The notes under the pieces were generated by a model. It did no database searches. It saw only the letters and a program-made list of their open reading frames with translations, and was not told where the DNA came from. This document shows, piece by piece, positions 30,391 to 39,730 of a stretch of 64,000 nucleotides of DNA. The translations under genes were made by a program, and so were the position numbers. The stretch comes from an uncultured delta proteobacterium (GTDB lineage Bacteria > Desulfobacterota > Binatia > Binatales > Binataceae), in NCBI GenBank assembly GCA_963761255.1, contig CAVXGH010000006.1:263790-327789 (forward strand), in the 5' to 3' direction. Each line of letters opens with the position of its first letter. Position 1 is the stretch's first letter.

Positions 30391-31659
30391 ATGGACAAAA
30401 TGATCATCCACGGCGGCGCTCCTCTCAAAGGCGCCGTCAATGTCAGTGGCAGCAAGAACGCCACGCTGCCGATCCTGATGGCGTCGCTGCTGACCCGGGA
30501 ACCCGTCCGCATCCGCAACGTCCCGCACCTGCGCGACGTCGAGACCGCGCTCGCGCTGCTGCGCCGTCTCGGGGTGCAATGCGCGTGGACCGGCGACCAT
30601 AACCTGGTGCTGCAAGCCGAGAATGTCACCTCGCACGAGGCGCCTTACGACCTCGTCAAGACCATGCGCGCGTCGTTTTTCGTGCTCGGCCCGCTGCTGG
30701 CCCGGGCCAAACGCGCCAAGGTTTCCACTCCCGGTGGATGCGCGATCGGCGCGCGCCCCGTCAACCTGCACATCCTGGGCATTCGCGCGCTCGGCGCGCG
30801 CGTGCAGTTGCGCAATGGCTACGTCGAGGCGCATGCCGACCGGCTCGAAGGCGCGCGCATCTGGCTCGACAATCCTTCGGTGGGCGCGACCGAGAACATC
30901 ATGATGGCGGCGGTGCTGGCCGCCGGCAAAACCACCATCGAAAATGCGGCGCGCGAGCCCGAGGTGCAGGACCTCGCGAAATTCCTGGTTGCGATGGGCG
31001 CCAACGTGCGCGGCGCCGGCACCCACGTCATCGAGATCGAAGGCGTCACCAAGATGCATGGCGCCGATCACGAGGTGATTCCCGATCGCATCGAGGCGGG
31101 CTCGCTGATGGTCGCGGCGGCAATCACCGGCGGCGACGTGTCGATTCGAAACGTCCCGGTCGATCAGCTCGAAGCCGTCATCGTCAAGTTGCGCGAAACC
31201 GGCGTCTCGGTGGTCGCCGCCGATGGCGGCGTGCGCGTCAGCGGCGGCGGCGCGCTGCGTCCGGTCGAGCTGCGGACGCTGCCGCATCCCGGATTTCCGA
31301 CCGACCTGCAGGCGCAGATGATGGCGCTGCTGGCGCAAGCGAATGGCACCTCGGTCATCACCGAGACGATTTTCGAAAATCGCTTCATGCACGCGCTCGA
31401 GCTGATGCGGATGGGCGCCGACATCGTGATGAAAGGTTCGACCGCGGTGGTCCGCGGCGTGCCGCGATTGCAAGGCGCCCCGGTGATGGCGACTGACTTG
31501 CGCGCGAGCATGGGTCTGATCCTCGCGGGTTTGAGCGCCGAAAATTCGACCGAGATCGGCCGCGTCTATCATCTCGATCGCGGCTACGAAGCCCTCGACG
31601 CGAAGCTGTCGTCCTTGGGCGCGCACATCGAACGCGTGAAAGATTCCGTGGCATCGTAA
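30391..31659 (+). CDS. murA: UDP-N-acetylglucosamine 1-carboxyvinyltransferase
   Basis: MDKMIIHGGAPLKGAVNVSGSKNATLPIL…; full-length MurA. Confidence 0.9.
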   Translation: MDKMIIHGGAPLKGAVNVSGSKNATLPILMASLLTREPVRIRNVPHLRDVETALALLRRLGVQCAWTGDHNLVLQAENVTSHEAPYDLVKTMRASFFVLGPLLARAKRAKVSTPGGCAIGARPVNLHILGIRALGARVQLRNGYVEAHADRLEGARIWLDNPSVGATENIMMAAVLAAGKTTIENAAREPEVQDLAKFLVAMGANVRGAGTHVIEIEGVTKMHGADHEVIPDRIEAGSLMVAAAITGGDVSIRNVPVDQLEAVIVKLRETGVSVVAADGGVRVSGGGALRPVELRTLPHPGFPTDLQAQMMALLAQANGTSVITETIFENRFMHALELMRMGADIVMKGSTAVVRGVPRLQGAPVMATDLRASMGLILAGLSAENSTEIGRVYHLDRGYEALDAKLSSLGAHIERVKDSVAS

Positions 31660-31689
31660 CCTCCGCATGATAGACTGCGCTGACAGGCG

Positions 31690-31781
31690 GTCGACTCCTG
31701 ATGCAGTGCCGGTCTATTATAAAAATCTAATGCGATAGACTTCCGCTTCGTTTTATGTTATTATAATTTTCTGATAGACGG
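31690..31781 (+). promoter_or_regulatory. AT-rich (≈35-40% GC) promoter/operator region of the higBA-like module with three GATAGAC motifs incl. inverted pair GTCTAT…ATAGAC
   Basis: Sharp GC drop relative to the ~63% background; repeated/inverted GATAGAC half-sites just upstream of the toxin start. Confidence 0.3.
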
Positions 31782-32147
31782 ATGAAATGGACCTTCGACG
31801 ATTTTCTACACGCCTCCGGGGAGAGCGTGATCGAACAGTGGTTTGTCCAAATTGGCGACGAGCCGGAAGCATTCATTGAACGCCGCTTGCGCGATATGCG
31901 GCCGCTGCGGACTTGGCCGGAAAAGTGGGCCAGCAAGTATAAGGGTATCGACTTAATCGAGCTGCGAATTACTTTCAAAAAAGTGCAGTACCGGCCATTG
32001 GGTTGTTACGCTCCGGAATTTCACTTCTGGTTGCTCGCCGGAGCCATCGAAAAAGGGAAAATACCGAAGTCCGACATCGAGACCGCGACCGCCCGGAAGA
32101 AAATGGTCGAAGGCGGCCTGGGCAGGATCAGAGAACATGAATTTTAG
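31782..32147 (+). CDS. higB: HigB-like toxin (RelE/ParE superfamily, Gp49/DUF891-type)
   Basis: …KGIDLIELRITFKKVQYRPLGCYAPEFHFWLLAGAIEKGKIPKSDIETA… matches ELRI…YR…LL.G..K….DIE.A signature. Confidence 0.7.
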   Translation: MKWTFDDFLHASGESVIEQWFVQIGDEPEAFIERRLRDMRPLRTWPEKWASKYKGIDLIELRITFKKVQYRPLGCYAPEFHFWLLAGAIEKGKIPKSDIETATARKKMVEGGLGRIREHEF

Positions 32148-32562
32148 TCTTCGAAAGTTCCTTCGTAAGCGATACCGCGACGTTTTCGGCACTTCGATAA
32201 CGGGTACTACCGCGGCGCAGATCCGCGCGATGCGTGAGCAGCGCGGATGGACCCAGGAGGACTTCGCGCAAAAAATTGGGATGGGTCAAGCACGAATATC
32301 GCTTCTGGAAAATCCGAACTATGAGAACTTGAGTCTGAAGACTCTAAAGCGGGTTGCGAACGTTTTCGACGTAGCGCTGGTCGTCCGGTTTGCGCCCTTC
32401 AGCCGGCTCTTGGAGATGGTCGAGAGTGAAAACCCTGAAACACTTGCGGTCCCGAGTTTTGCAGATGAATTTGGTAGTGGCGAAGTCTCGATCGTCAAGT
32501 CGTCTCCGGAAATGACCGATTTCCATGAGCCGCTCCGGGAGTTTGATCGAGATCGGCGCTGA
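32137..32562 (+). CDS. higA: HigA-like antitoxin, XRE-family HTH regulator
   Basis: …AAQIRAMREQRGWTQEDFAQKIGMGQARISLLEN… HTH_XRE; 11-bp overlap with toxin gene. Confidence 0.7.
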   Translation: MNFSLRKFLRKRYRDVFGTSITGTTAAQIRAMREQRGWTQEDFAQKIGMGQARISLLENPNYENLSLKTLKRVANVFDVALVVRFAPFSRLLEMVESENPETLAVPSFADEFGSGEVSIVKSSPEMTDFHEPLREFDRDRR

Positions 32563-32595
32563 GCAGACCTGGAGAAGGTCCCGCGCGCCTTGGCT

Positions 32596-32655
32596 TCAAG
32601 AGCGGCGTGTCATGGCGACTGACCTGCGCGCGAGCATGGGCCTGATCCTCGCAGG
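32596..32655 (+). other. ~55-bp remnant / direct repeat of the murA 3' coding end (≈90% identical to 31483-31540)
   Basis: tcATGGCGACTGACcTGCGCGCGAGCATGGGcCTGATCCTCGCaGGgTTGAaG vs murA …VMATDLRASMGLILAGLS…; translated fragment VMATDLRASMGLILAGLK. Confidence 0.7.
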
Positions 32656-32759
32656 GTTGAAGTCTGAGATGACGTGTTCCCGCGGATACTGGCGTTTAGC
32701 GCGGGCTCTTTAAACTGCGCACCTCGATAGAGTATGTAAACTAGCAGACAACCGAGGCC

Positions 32760-34240
32760 GCTCTCTCTGTTATTCTGAGCGGAGGCTGCCGCAGCGAAGG
32801 ATCTACGCGCAGCGATGGGACCGTTCGGCAACGCCGAACGGTCGCCCTGAGCCTTGCGAAGGGCCTCCGCGCACTCTGCTTTATTTTTGTCATTCTGAAG
32901 CGAGCGGAACGCGACGCTGAAGAACCTCAGCCGAGGTGACTCAGCAAATGTCACTTCAGCATTCGCATGGTTCTTCTCTCCGCGATGGTGGAATGCGAAC
33001 GCGCTCCGTTCGCATGCTGCAGTGACATTCGGTGGTCAGGCACATCCGAGGTTCTTCGGCAGCGCAAGCTTGCCTCAGAATGACAAGCCACGGAGACGAT
33101 TTACTCGCGGATGGCATGGCATCACGATTCCCACGCCAAGTGCGAATCTCTTGCTCAGCTACCCCGCTAACCCGTTCCTCGCCCCGGGCTGCGAATAATG
33201 CTGCACGCTGTCACATTCGTGCCAATCGATTCGGTGCCTCCTGGCTTGTGATTCCGGTATTCGCCGTTTTGTCATTCTGAAGCGAGCGGAACGCGATGCT
33301 GAAGAACCTCGGCCGAGGTGACTCAGCAAATGTCACTTCAGCATTCGCATGGTTCCTCTCTCCGCGATGGTGGAATGCGAACGCGCTCCGTTCGCATGCT
33401 GCAGTGACATTCGGTGGTCAGGCACATCCGAGGTTCTTCGGCAGCGCAAGCTTGCCTCAGAATGACAAGCCACGGAGACGATTTACTCGCGGATGGCATG
33501 GCATCACGATTCCCACGCCAAGTGCGAATCTCTTGCTCAGCTACCCCGCTAACCCATTCCTCGCCCCGGGCTGCGAATAATGCTGCACGCTGTCACATTC
33601 GTGCCAATCGATTCGGTGCCTCCTGGCTTGTCATTCCGGTATCCGCCGTTTTGTCATTCTGAACCGAGCGGAACGCGATGCTGAAGAACCTCGGCCGAGG
33701 TGACTCAGCAAATGTCACTTCAGCATTCGCATGGTTCTTCTCTCCGCGATGGTGGAATGCGAACGCGCTCCGTTCGCATGCTGAAGTGACATTCGGTGGT
33801 CAGGCACATCCGAGGTTCTTCGGCAGCGCAAGCTTGCCTCAGAATGACAAGCCACGGAGACGATTTACTCGCGGATGGCATGGCATCACGATTCCCACGC
33901 CAAGTGCGAATCTCTTGCTCAGCTACCCCGCTAACCCATTCCTCGCCCCGGGCTGCGAATAATGCTGCACGCTGTCACATTCGTGCCAATCGATTCGGTG
34001 CCTCCTGGCTTGTCATTCCGGTATTCGCCGTTTTGTCATTCTGAAGCGAGCGGAACGCGATGCTGAAGAACCTCGGCCGAGGTGACTCAGCAAATGTCAC
34101 TTCAGCATTCGCATGGTTCTTCTCTCCGCGATGGTGGAATGCGAACGCGCTCTCATTCGCATGCTGAAGTGACATTCGGTGGTCAGGCACATCCGAGGTT
34201 CTTCGGCAGCGCAAGCTTGCCTCAGAATGACAAGCTTGCG
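32760..34240. repeat. tandem array of a 382-bp unit (one degenerate leading copy + 3 full + 1 truncated copy); each unit contains a ~235-bp imperfect palindrome with ~95-bp arms
   Basis: Exact 382-bp periodicity (unit starts 32887, 33269, 33651, 34033), copies >97% identical; arms TTGTCATTCTGAAGCGAGC…/…GCTTGCCTCAGAATGACAA and internal hairpins (GCGAACGCGCTCCGTTCGC). Confidence 0.9.
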
Positions 34241-34362
34241 GGAGGCTTGGGGTCGCCCGCTTCAGCCATTCGTCGATGGCGCCGGTTACGGAATTGGCGC
34301 CACTATTGTAGAGGCGACCGCGCGTGGACTGCCTCGCCTCGCTCGCCTACACTCCGCACCAC

Positions 34363-35685
34363 ATGAAGCCCCGCATCCTCAAGTCCGGAACTTCTGAGTT
34401 CAAGCGCTTCCTCGACGCCATCATCGCGCGGCGCGGTGGCGATGACGATGCGGCGCGCGTCGATGCTGCCGTGAGCGCAATCATCGCGGATGTGCGCAAG
34501 CGCGGCGATGCCGCGCTGATCGAATACACCGAGAAATTCGATCGCGTGAAGCTGACGCCGAAGACCTTGCGGGTCTCATCGAAGGAGCTTCGCGACGCGC
34601 TAGCACAGCTGCCTAAAAAGGATCGCGTCGCGCTCGAACTGGCGGCGCGCCGCATCGCCGCGTTTCATAAGAAGACTATCGAGAAGCCATTCTCCTATAC
34701 CGACAGCCTCGGGATGCGGCTCGGCCAGATGGTGCGCCCGCTCGATCGCGCGGGGATTTATGTGCCGGGCGGAATGGGCGCGTATCCGTCCTCGGTGCTG
34801 ATGAATGCGATTCCCGCGCGCGTCGCCGGAGTTCGCGAAATCGTCATGGTCTCGCCGCCCTCGGCCGAGAGCGACCGCCCCGAGGTGATGGCTGCGGCTG
34901 CGATTGCCGGCGTCGATGAATTCTATCGCGTCGGCGGTGCGCATGGGGTTGCCGCGCTCGCCTACGGAACCTCGAGCATCGCGGCCGTCGACAAGATCGT
35001 CGGGCCCGGAAATGCGTACGTCCAGGCCGCCAAGCGCATGGTCTATGGTGTAGTGGATATCGACAAAATGGCGGGTCCGAGCGAGGTCCTCGTCATTGCC
35101 GATGACAGCGCGCATGCCGCCTGGGTCGCCGCCGACCTCATCGCGCAAGCCGAGCATGGCTCCGGCGACGAATCCGCAGTGATGCTAACTCCTTCGCAAA
35201 AGCTCGCCGATGCGGTGTCGGATGCGCTCGTGGCGGCGCTGGTGGATTTGCCACGCGCCCGCGCCGTCGAAGCCGTCCTCGACAAGCGAGGCGCCCTGGT
35301 GGTCGTGCGGGACCTGGAAGAAGCTTTCGAGCTCGCAAATATCATCGGACCTGAACATCTGGAGCTCGAAATCCGCAATCCTTCGCGATGGCTCCCCAAA
35401 GTTAAAGCAGCAGGTGCGATTTTCCTCGGTCCGATGAGTCCGGCTCCGTTAGGCGATTATCTCGCTGGCCCAAACCATGTTCTACCCACCGGCGGCTCGG
35501 CTCGTTTTGCGTCTCCTCTCGGCGCTTACGATTTTCTCAAGCGCACCAGTATAATCGAGGCGTCGCCCAAGGCGCTGCGCAAGCTCGGTCCGACGGTCGC
35601 GCGGCTGGCGCGGATGGAAGGATTCGAGGGTCATGCGCGCGCGATGGAGACTCGTTACCAACCGAACGGGCGGCGGGGAAAATAA
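34363..35685 (+). CDS. hisD: histidinol dehydrogenase
   Basis: Full-length HisD (…IVGPGNAYVQAAKR…, …AEHGSGDES…). Confidence 0.9.
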   Translation: MKPRILKSGTSEFKRFLDAIIARRGGDDDAARVDAAVSAIIADVRKRGDAALIEYTEKFDRVKLTPKTLRVSSKELRDALAQLPKKDRVALELAARRIAAFHKKTIEKPFSYTDSLGMRLGQMVRPLDRAGIYVPGGMGAYPSSVLMNAIPARVAGVREIVMVSPPSAESDRPEVMAAAAIAGVDEFYRVGGAHGVAALAYGTSSIAAVDKIVGPGNAYVQAAKRMVYGVVDIDKMAGPSEVLVIADDSAHAAWVAADLIAQAEHGSGDESAVMLTPSQKLADAVSDALVAALVDLPRARAVEAVLDKRGALVVVRDLEEAFELANIIGPEHLELEIRNPSRWLPKVKAAGAIFLGPMSPAPLGDYLAGPNHVLPTGGSARFASPLGAYDFLKRTSIIEASPKALRKLGPTVARLARMEGFEGHARAMETRYQPNGRRGK

Positions 35686-36398
35686 TGGCGAGCAAAAAGA
35701 AAACGAAAGTTCGCGCAGTATCGGCACCGGCGCGCCGGCACATCGAGGCCTCTAACGGCGCGCATGATGAAAGCCGCGCCCTGATGCCCACACTCCACAG
35801 CGACAATGGCAAGCGCGTCGCGCACGTCGATCGCAAGACGCGCGAGACCGCGGTGAAGATCGCGCTCAAGCTCGATGGCGGCGGGCGTGGCGAAATCGCT
35901 ACCGGCGTCCCGTTCCTCGATCACATGCTCGATAGTTTCGCGCGCCATGGTTTTTTCGATCTCAAAATCGAGGCGAAGGGCGACCTCCAGATCGACGAGC
36001 ATCACACGGTCGAGGACGTCGGCATCGTGCTCGGCAAGGCGTTCGCGCAGGCGCTCGGCGATCGCTCCGGTATCAAGCGCTACGGCGAGGCGACGGTTCC
36101 GCTCGACGAGGCGCTCTGCTCGGTGGTGGTCGATATCAGCGGGCGCTCGTATCTCGCCTACAACGTGCCGATCACGCAGGAGCGGGTGGGTTCGTTTCAG
36201 ACCGAGCTGGTGCATGATTTCATGAAGGCGCTGAGCGACAACGTCGGGATGAACCTGCACATGAACATGCTGAGCGGGCGCAATCCTCATCACGTGATCG
36301 AGGCGTCATTCAAAGCGCTCGCGCGTGCGATGGATACGGCGACCTCGCTGGAGCCGCGCGTGGCGGGAGTGCTATCGACGAAGGGAACATTGAGCTGA
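35685..36398 (+). CDS. hisB: imidazoleglycerol-phosphate dehydratase (start may be internal Met ~35781)
   Basis: …DRKTRETAVKIALKLDGGG…GVPFLDHMLDSFARHG…VEDVGI…. Confidence 0.85.
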   Translation: MASKKKTKVRAVSAPARRHIEASNGAHDESRALMPTLHSDNGKRVAHVDRKTRETAVKIALKLDGGGRGEIATGVPFLDHMLDSFARHGFFDLKIEAKGDLQIDEHHTVEDVGIVLGKAFAQALGDRSGIKRYGEATVPLDEALCSVVVDISGRSYLAYNVPITQERVGSFQTELVHDFMKALSDNVGMNLHMNMLSGRNPHHVIEASFKALARAMDTATSLEPRVAGVLSTKGTLS

Positions 36399-36411
36399 GG
36401 GAAAACCCGCG

Positions 36412-38649
36412 CTATTTTTTCACCTTCGGCGCCTTGCCGGTTACCGAGGCCGCGACGCTCACGACGCCGACGCTCGAGTTGCTGGTGATCTGCACGCTCC
36501 CGGTGTTGGTTCCTACGGTCGAGGGCGTCATCGTGAATGCCAGGGTGCATTTGCCCTTGGGCGCGAGACTCATCCCGGCGGTGCAGGTGCCGCCCGACCG
36601 CGCAAGGTTCGAGCTAATGGCGAAGCTCTTCAGCGTGATCGAAGCGCTACCCTTCGCCGCTCCATTTTCCACCGTGAGTGTCTTCGGTTTGCTCGCCGTG
36701 CCGGTCGTGGTGGTTGCGAATTTCAAGGCGCCGGGACTGGCTTCCAGTTTCGAAGCTACCGGCGGCATCGGCGCGGCGAGGTACGCGGTGACGAATGCGT
36801 CGGCATCGATCGAGCCCCATCCGGTCACCAGGTCATAGCCGGGGCCGGCGGAATATCCCTGCACGGTGACCGCGCCATGCCCGCTGACATTGCTGATGTA
36901 GGTGTTGTCGCCGGAAGTGATGTCATGGAATCCATGCGCCGCCTGCCCCGCGACACCCAATTCCCAGACGATCGGGTTGAGACTGCCGAGCCGCCGGCCG
37001 CCATTTGCAGTTTGCAGAAGGCGCGAATAACCCGCCCACAACGGCGCGGCGAGACTGGTGCCGACGACTAAATAATTGGACTGGGTAGGTTTAGCGACGC
37101 CGGCCACATCGGTATCGGCGAAAATAACGATGTCGGGTTTGCCCGCCAGCGAGGCCACGTCGGGAAGGTCGCGAGAGTTATCATTGCTGGTACCCGCCAC
37201 TCCCAGTTGCCATGAAGGCCTGGTAAAAACGCTGCTGATGCCGCCTCCACTGACCTCGTTCTTGCCGGCCAGGGCGGCGTTACCGTTTTGATTGTTCCAT
37301 GATGACTCGGTCGAATAGCCGGTCGAGAACCCGTTGGTGTAAGTCGGCGAGTCTACTTCAGTGCCGCCGACCGAAGTGGTCAGCGGATTGGCGCCGAGTT
37401 CGTTTACATTGGGCGAACCGGTCTGGCAGGTATCGGCGCCATGATCGCCCGCGGACACGAACACCGACTGCCCCTGGGCTTGTGCCCTGGAAAACAGATT
37501 GCCCAGGGTAGTCGTAAAAAAGGCGTTGGACGCACCGCAGACGTGGTAGCTGAAATTCAACGCGCCGCATTTGTTCTCGGTGGTCATCGCCGTGATCGCG
37601 TCGGTCAGATTCTGTGCGAACGAGAGTTTGTCGGGGTTGGTGACATACAGCGTTATCGGCGCGCCCGGCGCGATCAGATGCGCGGCCTCGATATCGAGAT
37701 AGGCCTCGATGTCGGCGCCGTTGCCGATAACTCCTGGATTAGTCTCCCGGGAAAGATCGATGGTGAGGGCGGGGTTGGTCGCGAAGGAGGTGTACTGCGA
37801 GAAAAGCGCGAAGTAGTCCTTAAGAATGGTGGCCTGCGACGGCTCGGTAAAAATGTTGGTGTTGGCGAAGATCCCGATACAGTCCCCGCCGTTGGCGCCG
37901 GTGTTGCCGCCCTCCAGCAGCGGGGTTTCGTCATAGAAGGTGTAAAAATCCGGCGGACCGAAAGTAAGGCCCGAGCCACCGATTGTCTCGAGGCTGAAAT
38001 CGGGGCCCGACCCCGCGGCGTGGCCATCGCGCTTCATGACCGGGAGTTTGCGAAGACTCGGTTTCAGCCTGGCAGTCGCATCGTCGGGCTCGAGGCTGCC
38101 CAGGTTCTGCATCCCGAGGATATCGCCGATTAAGCCGGCGAACTGCGCGGGGATTTCAGGTTCCATCAGATTGGCGAATTTGCCGTTGCCAAAGTCCTCG
38201 AGCTGAGTGTTGAACGTCCGCTCGACCGATACGGTATCGGTACTGAAGCGAAGGTAGCCGTCCTCGCGCGAGCCGCCGAGGATCTGGAAGCCACTCGCAG
38301 TCAGCCAATCCTGCACCGCCGAAAAATCGCTCGCGCTCACTCCGAACCGGCGCGTGAAGTCATCCGAAGTGATCCATTGATGGTATTGCGATGAAGCCGG
38401 ATCGATTTGCGCCGCGATTAGCTGATCGAGCTGCGCTCGGTTGCGGATCGCGAATCGAATGTCGAGGGTCAGGGTCTTGGCGGGATCGAGATGCCTAAGG
38501 ACGGCCATCGTCGCCGCGGCGGGCGGGACCGTCCCGCGCATCTTCACCACCTGCGCCATCGCCACGGACGGGATGACAGACATCAGGATGAAAATCGCGA
38601 ACGATTGAGCTCGACGTTTGGCAGACTCAAACGGAACGACCGGCGAATG
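36412..38649 (-). CDS. secreted S53-family serine peptidase (sedolisin/kumamolisin-like) with pro-peptide activation domain and C-terminal Ig-like domain
   Basis: Signal peptide, pro-kumamolisin activation domain, catalytic Ser motif VVGTSLAAPLWAGY; C-terminal β-sandwich tail shared with other proteins in the cluster. Confidence 0.8.
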   Translation of the reverse strand, partial: HSPVVPFESAKRRAQSFAIFILMSVIPSVAMAQVVKMRGTVPPAAATMAVLRHLDPAKTLTLDIRFAIRNRAQLDQLIAAQIDPASSQYHQWITSDDFTRRFGVSASDFSAVQDWLTASGFQILGGSREDGYLRFSTDTVSVERTFNTQLEDFGNGKFANLMEPEIPAQFAGLIGDILGMQNLGSLEPDDATARLKPSLRKLPVMKRDGHAAGSGPDFSLETIGGSGLTFGPPDFYTFYDETPLLEGGNTGANGGDCIGIFANTNIFTEPSQATILKDYFALFSQYTSFATNPALTIDLSRETNPGVIGNGADIEAYLDIEAAHLIAPGAPITLYVTNPDKLSFAQNLTDAITAMTTENKCGALNFSYHVCGASNAFFTTTLGNLFSRAQAQGQSVFVSAGDHGADTCQTGSPNVNELGANPLTTSVGGTEVDSPTYTNGFSTGYSTESSWNNQNGNAALAGKNEVSGGGISSVFTRPSWQLGVAGTSNDNSRDLPDVASLAGKPDIVIFADTDVAGVAKPTQSNYLVVGTSLAAPLWAGYSRLLQTANGGRRLGSLNPIVWELGVAGQAAHGFHDITSGDNTYISNVSGHGAVTVQGYSAGPGYDLVTGWGSIDADAFVTAYLAAPMPPVASKLEASPGALKFATTTTGTASKPKTLTVENGAAKGSASITLKSFAISSNLARSGGTCTAGMSLAPKGKCTLAFTMTPSTVGTNTGSVQITSNSSVGVVSVAASVTGKAPKVKK

Positions 38650-38995
38650 CTGGTCCATGCGGGTTCCCCCCAAAAGCACCGGTATAAGAAATCGTGCCCG
38701 GAGCTGAATTGACCGCGCCCGAAATCGCGATTCATTCAAGCACATGAGATAAAGGCTTCGCCAGCGAGACTCTCGGTGGTCAGATTCAACTGCCCCGCGG
38801 AGATCCGAGGGCGTCACCGTTCCAATCTCACTCACAGATTCGAATCGGCGATCCGCGGTCGCGAGGAGAGGAATTCCAGTCTGAAGCATGGTCGCGACGA
38901 GTTCTATGGGAATAAGGTGCGGCCGCGGGCGCGCAGGCATCTGCCGCAGGCCCAACCCCTTCCCTTTAGAGAAGCGCCGCAGCAAGATTGGGATC

Positions 38996-39730
38996 TTGTT
39001 TGAAAAATTCACGGTAATTCCTTCGATCGACCTCAAGAATGGCGAGGTTGTGCGGTTGCTGCGCGGCGCGATGGATAAGGCCACCGTTTATGGATCCGAT
39101 CCGGCGGCGGTAGCGCGCGATTTCGAAGGTCAGGGCGCCGAAATTATCCATGTCGTTGACCTCGACGGCGCCATCGCGGGCGAGCCGAAGAACCTCGAGG
39201 CGATCCGCGCGATTCGTGCCGCCGTGCGATGCGAACTCGATGTGAGCGGCGGGCTGCGCACGATGGCTTCGATTCGCGAGATCATCAAGGCCGGCGCGAC
39301 GCGAGTTTCGATCGGCTCAGCCGCCTTCCTCAATCCGCAGTTGCTCATCGATGCGTGCGCGGAGTTGCCGGGAAAGATTTTCGGCTCCCTCGATGCGCGC
39401 GACGGCAAGCTCGCCATCAAGGGATGGGTCGAGACCAGCGCGCTGACGGTTGCCGATGCGGCGCGGCGGTTTCGAGAAGCAGGTGTCGCCGCCGCGATTG
39501 TCACCGACATCTCGCGCGATGGGACCGAGGCCGGCCTCAACATTGAGACTATTCGCGCGATTGCGCGCAGCGTCGCCCTGCCGATGATCGCGTCAGGCGG
39601 CGTTGCGAGGCTCGAGGACATTTCCAACTTGAAGGCGCTCTTCTCCGCGGGTGTCGTGGGCGTCATCACCGGCCGCGCGTTGTACGAAGGCCGCTTCACC
39701 GTGGCGCAAGCGATCGCCGCGTCGCGCTAG
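38996..39730 (+). CDS. hisA: 1-(5-phosphoribosyl)-5-[(5-phosphoribosylamino)methylideneamino]imidazole-4-carboxamide isomerase
   Basis: …VIPSIDLKNGEVVRL…VVDLDGA…; probable TTG start. Confidence 0.8.
   Translation: MFEKFTVIPSIDLKNGEVVRLLRGAMDKATVYGSDPAAVARDFEGQGAEIIHVVDLDGAIAGEPKNLEAIRAIRAAVRCELDVSGGLRTMASIREIIKAGATRVSIGSAAFLNPQLLIDACAELPGKIFGSLDARDGKLAIKGWVETSALTVADAARRFREAGVAAAIVTDISRDGTEAGLNIETIRAIARSVALPMIASGGVARLEDISNLKALFSAGVVGVITGRALYEGRFTVAQAIAASR

Noticed and set aside
30738-31496. 252-aa Arg/Gly-rich ORF in an alternative frame inside murA (and similar alternate-frame ORFs such as 7551..7928 and 12594..12917-type)
   Set aside because: These are high-GC alternate-frame artefacts overlapping strongly conserved genes, with an extreme Arg/Gly bias typical of non-coding frames.
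33032-34044. Identical 82-aa and 94-aa ORFs recurring every 382 bp (33032..33280, 33296..33580, 33414..33662, 33678..33962, 33796..34044)
   Set aside because: They are simply reading frames through the tandem palindromic repeat. The proteins are low-complexity and Arg/Ser/Ala-rich, overlap each other and have no RBS context. I call the locus a DNA/RNA repeat, not coding.
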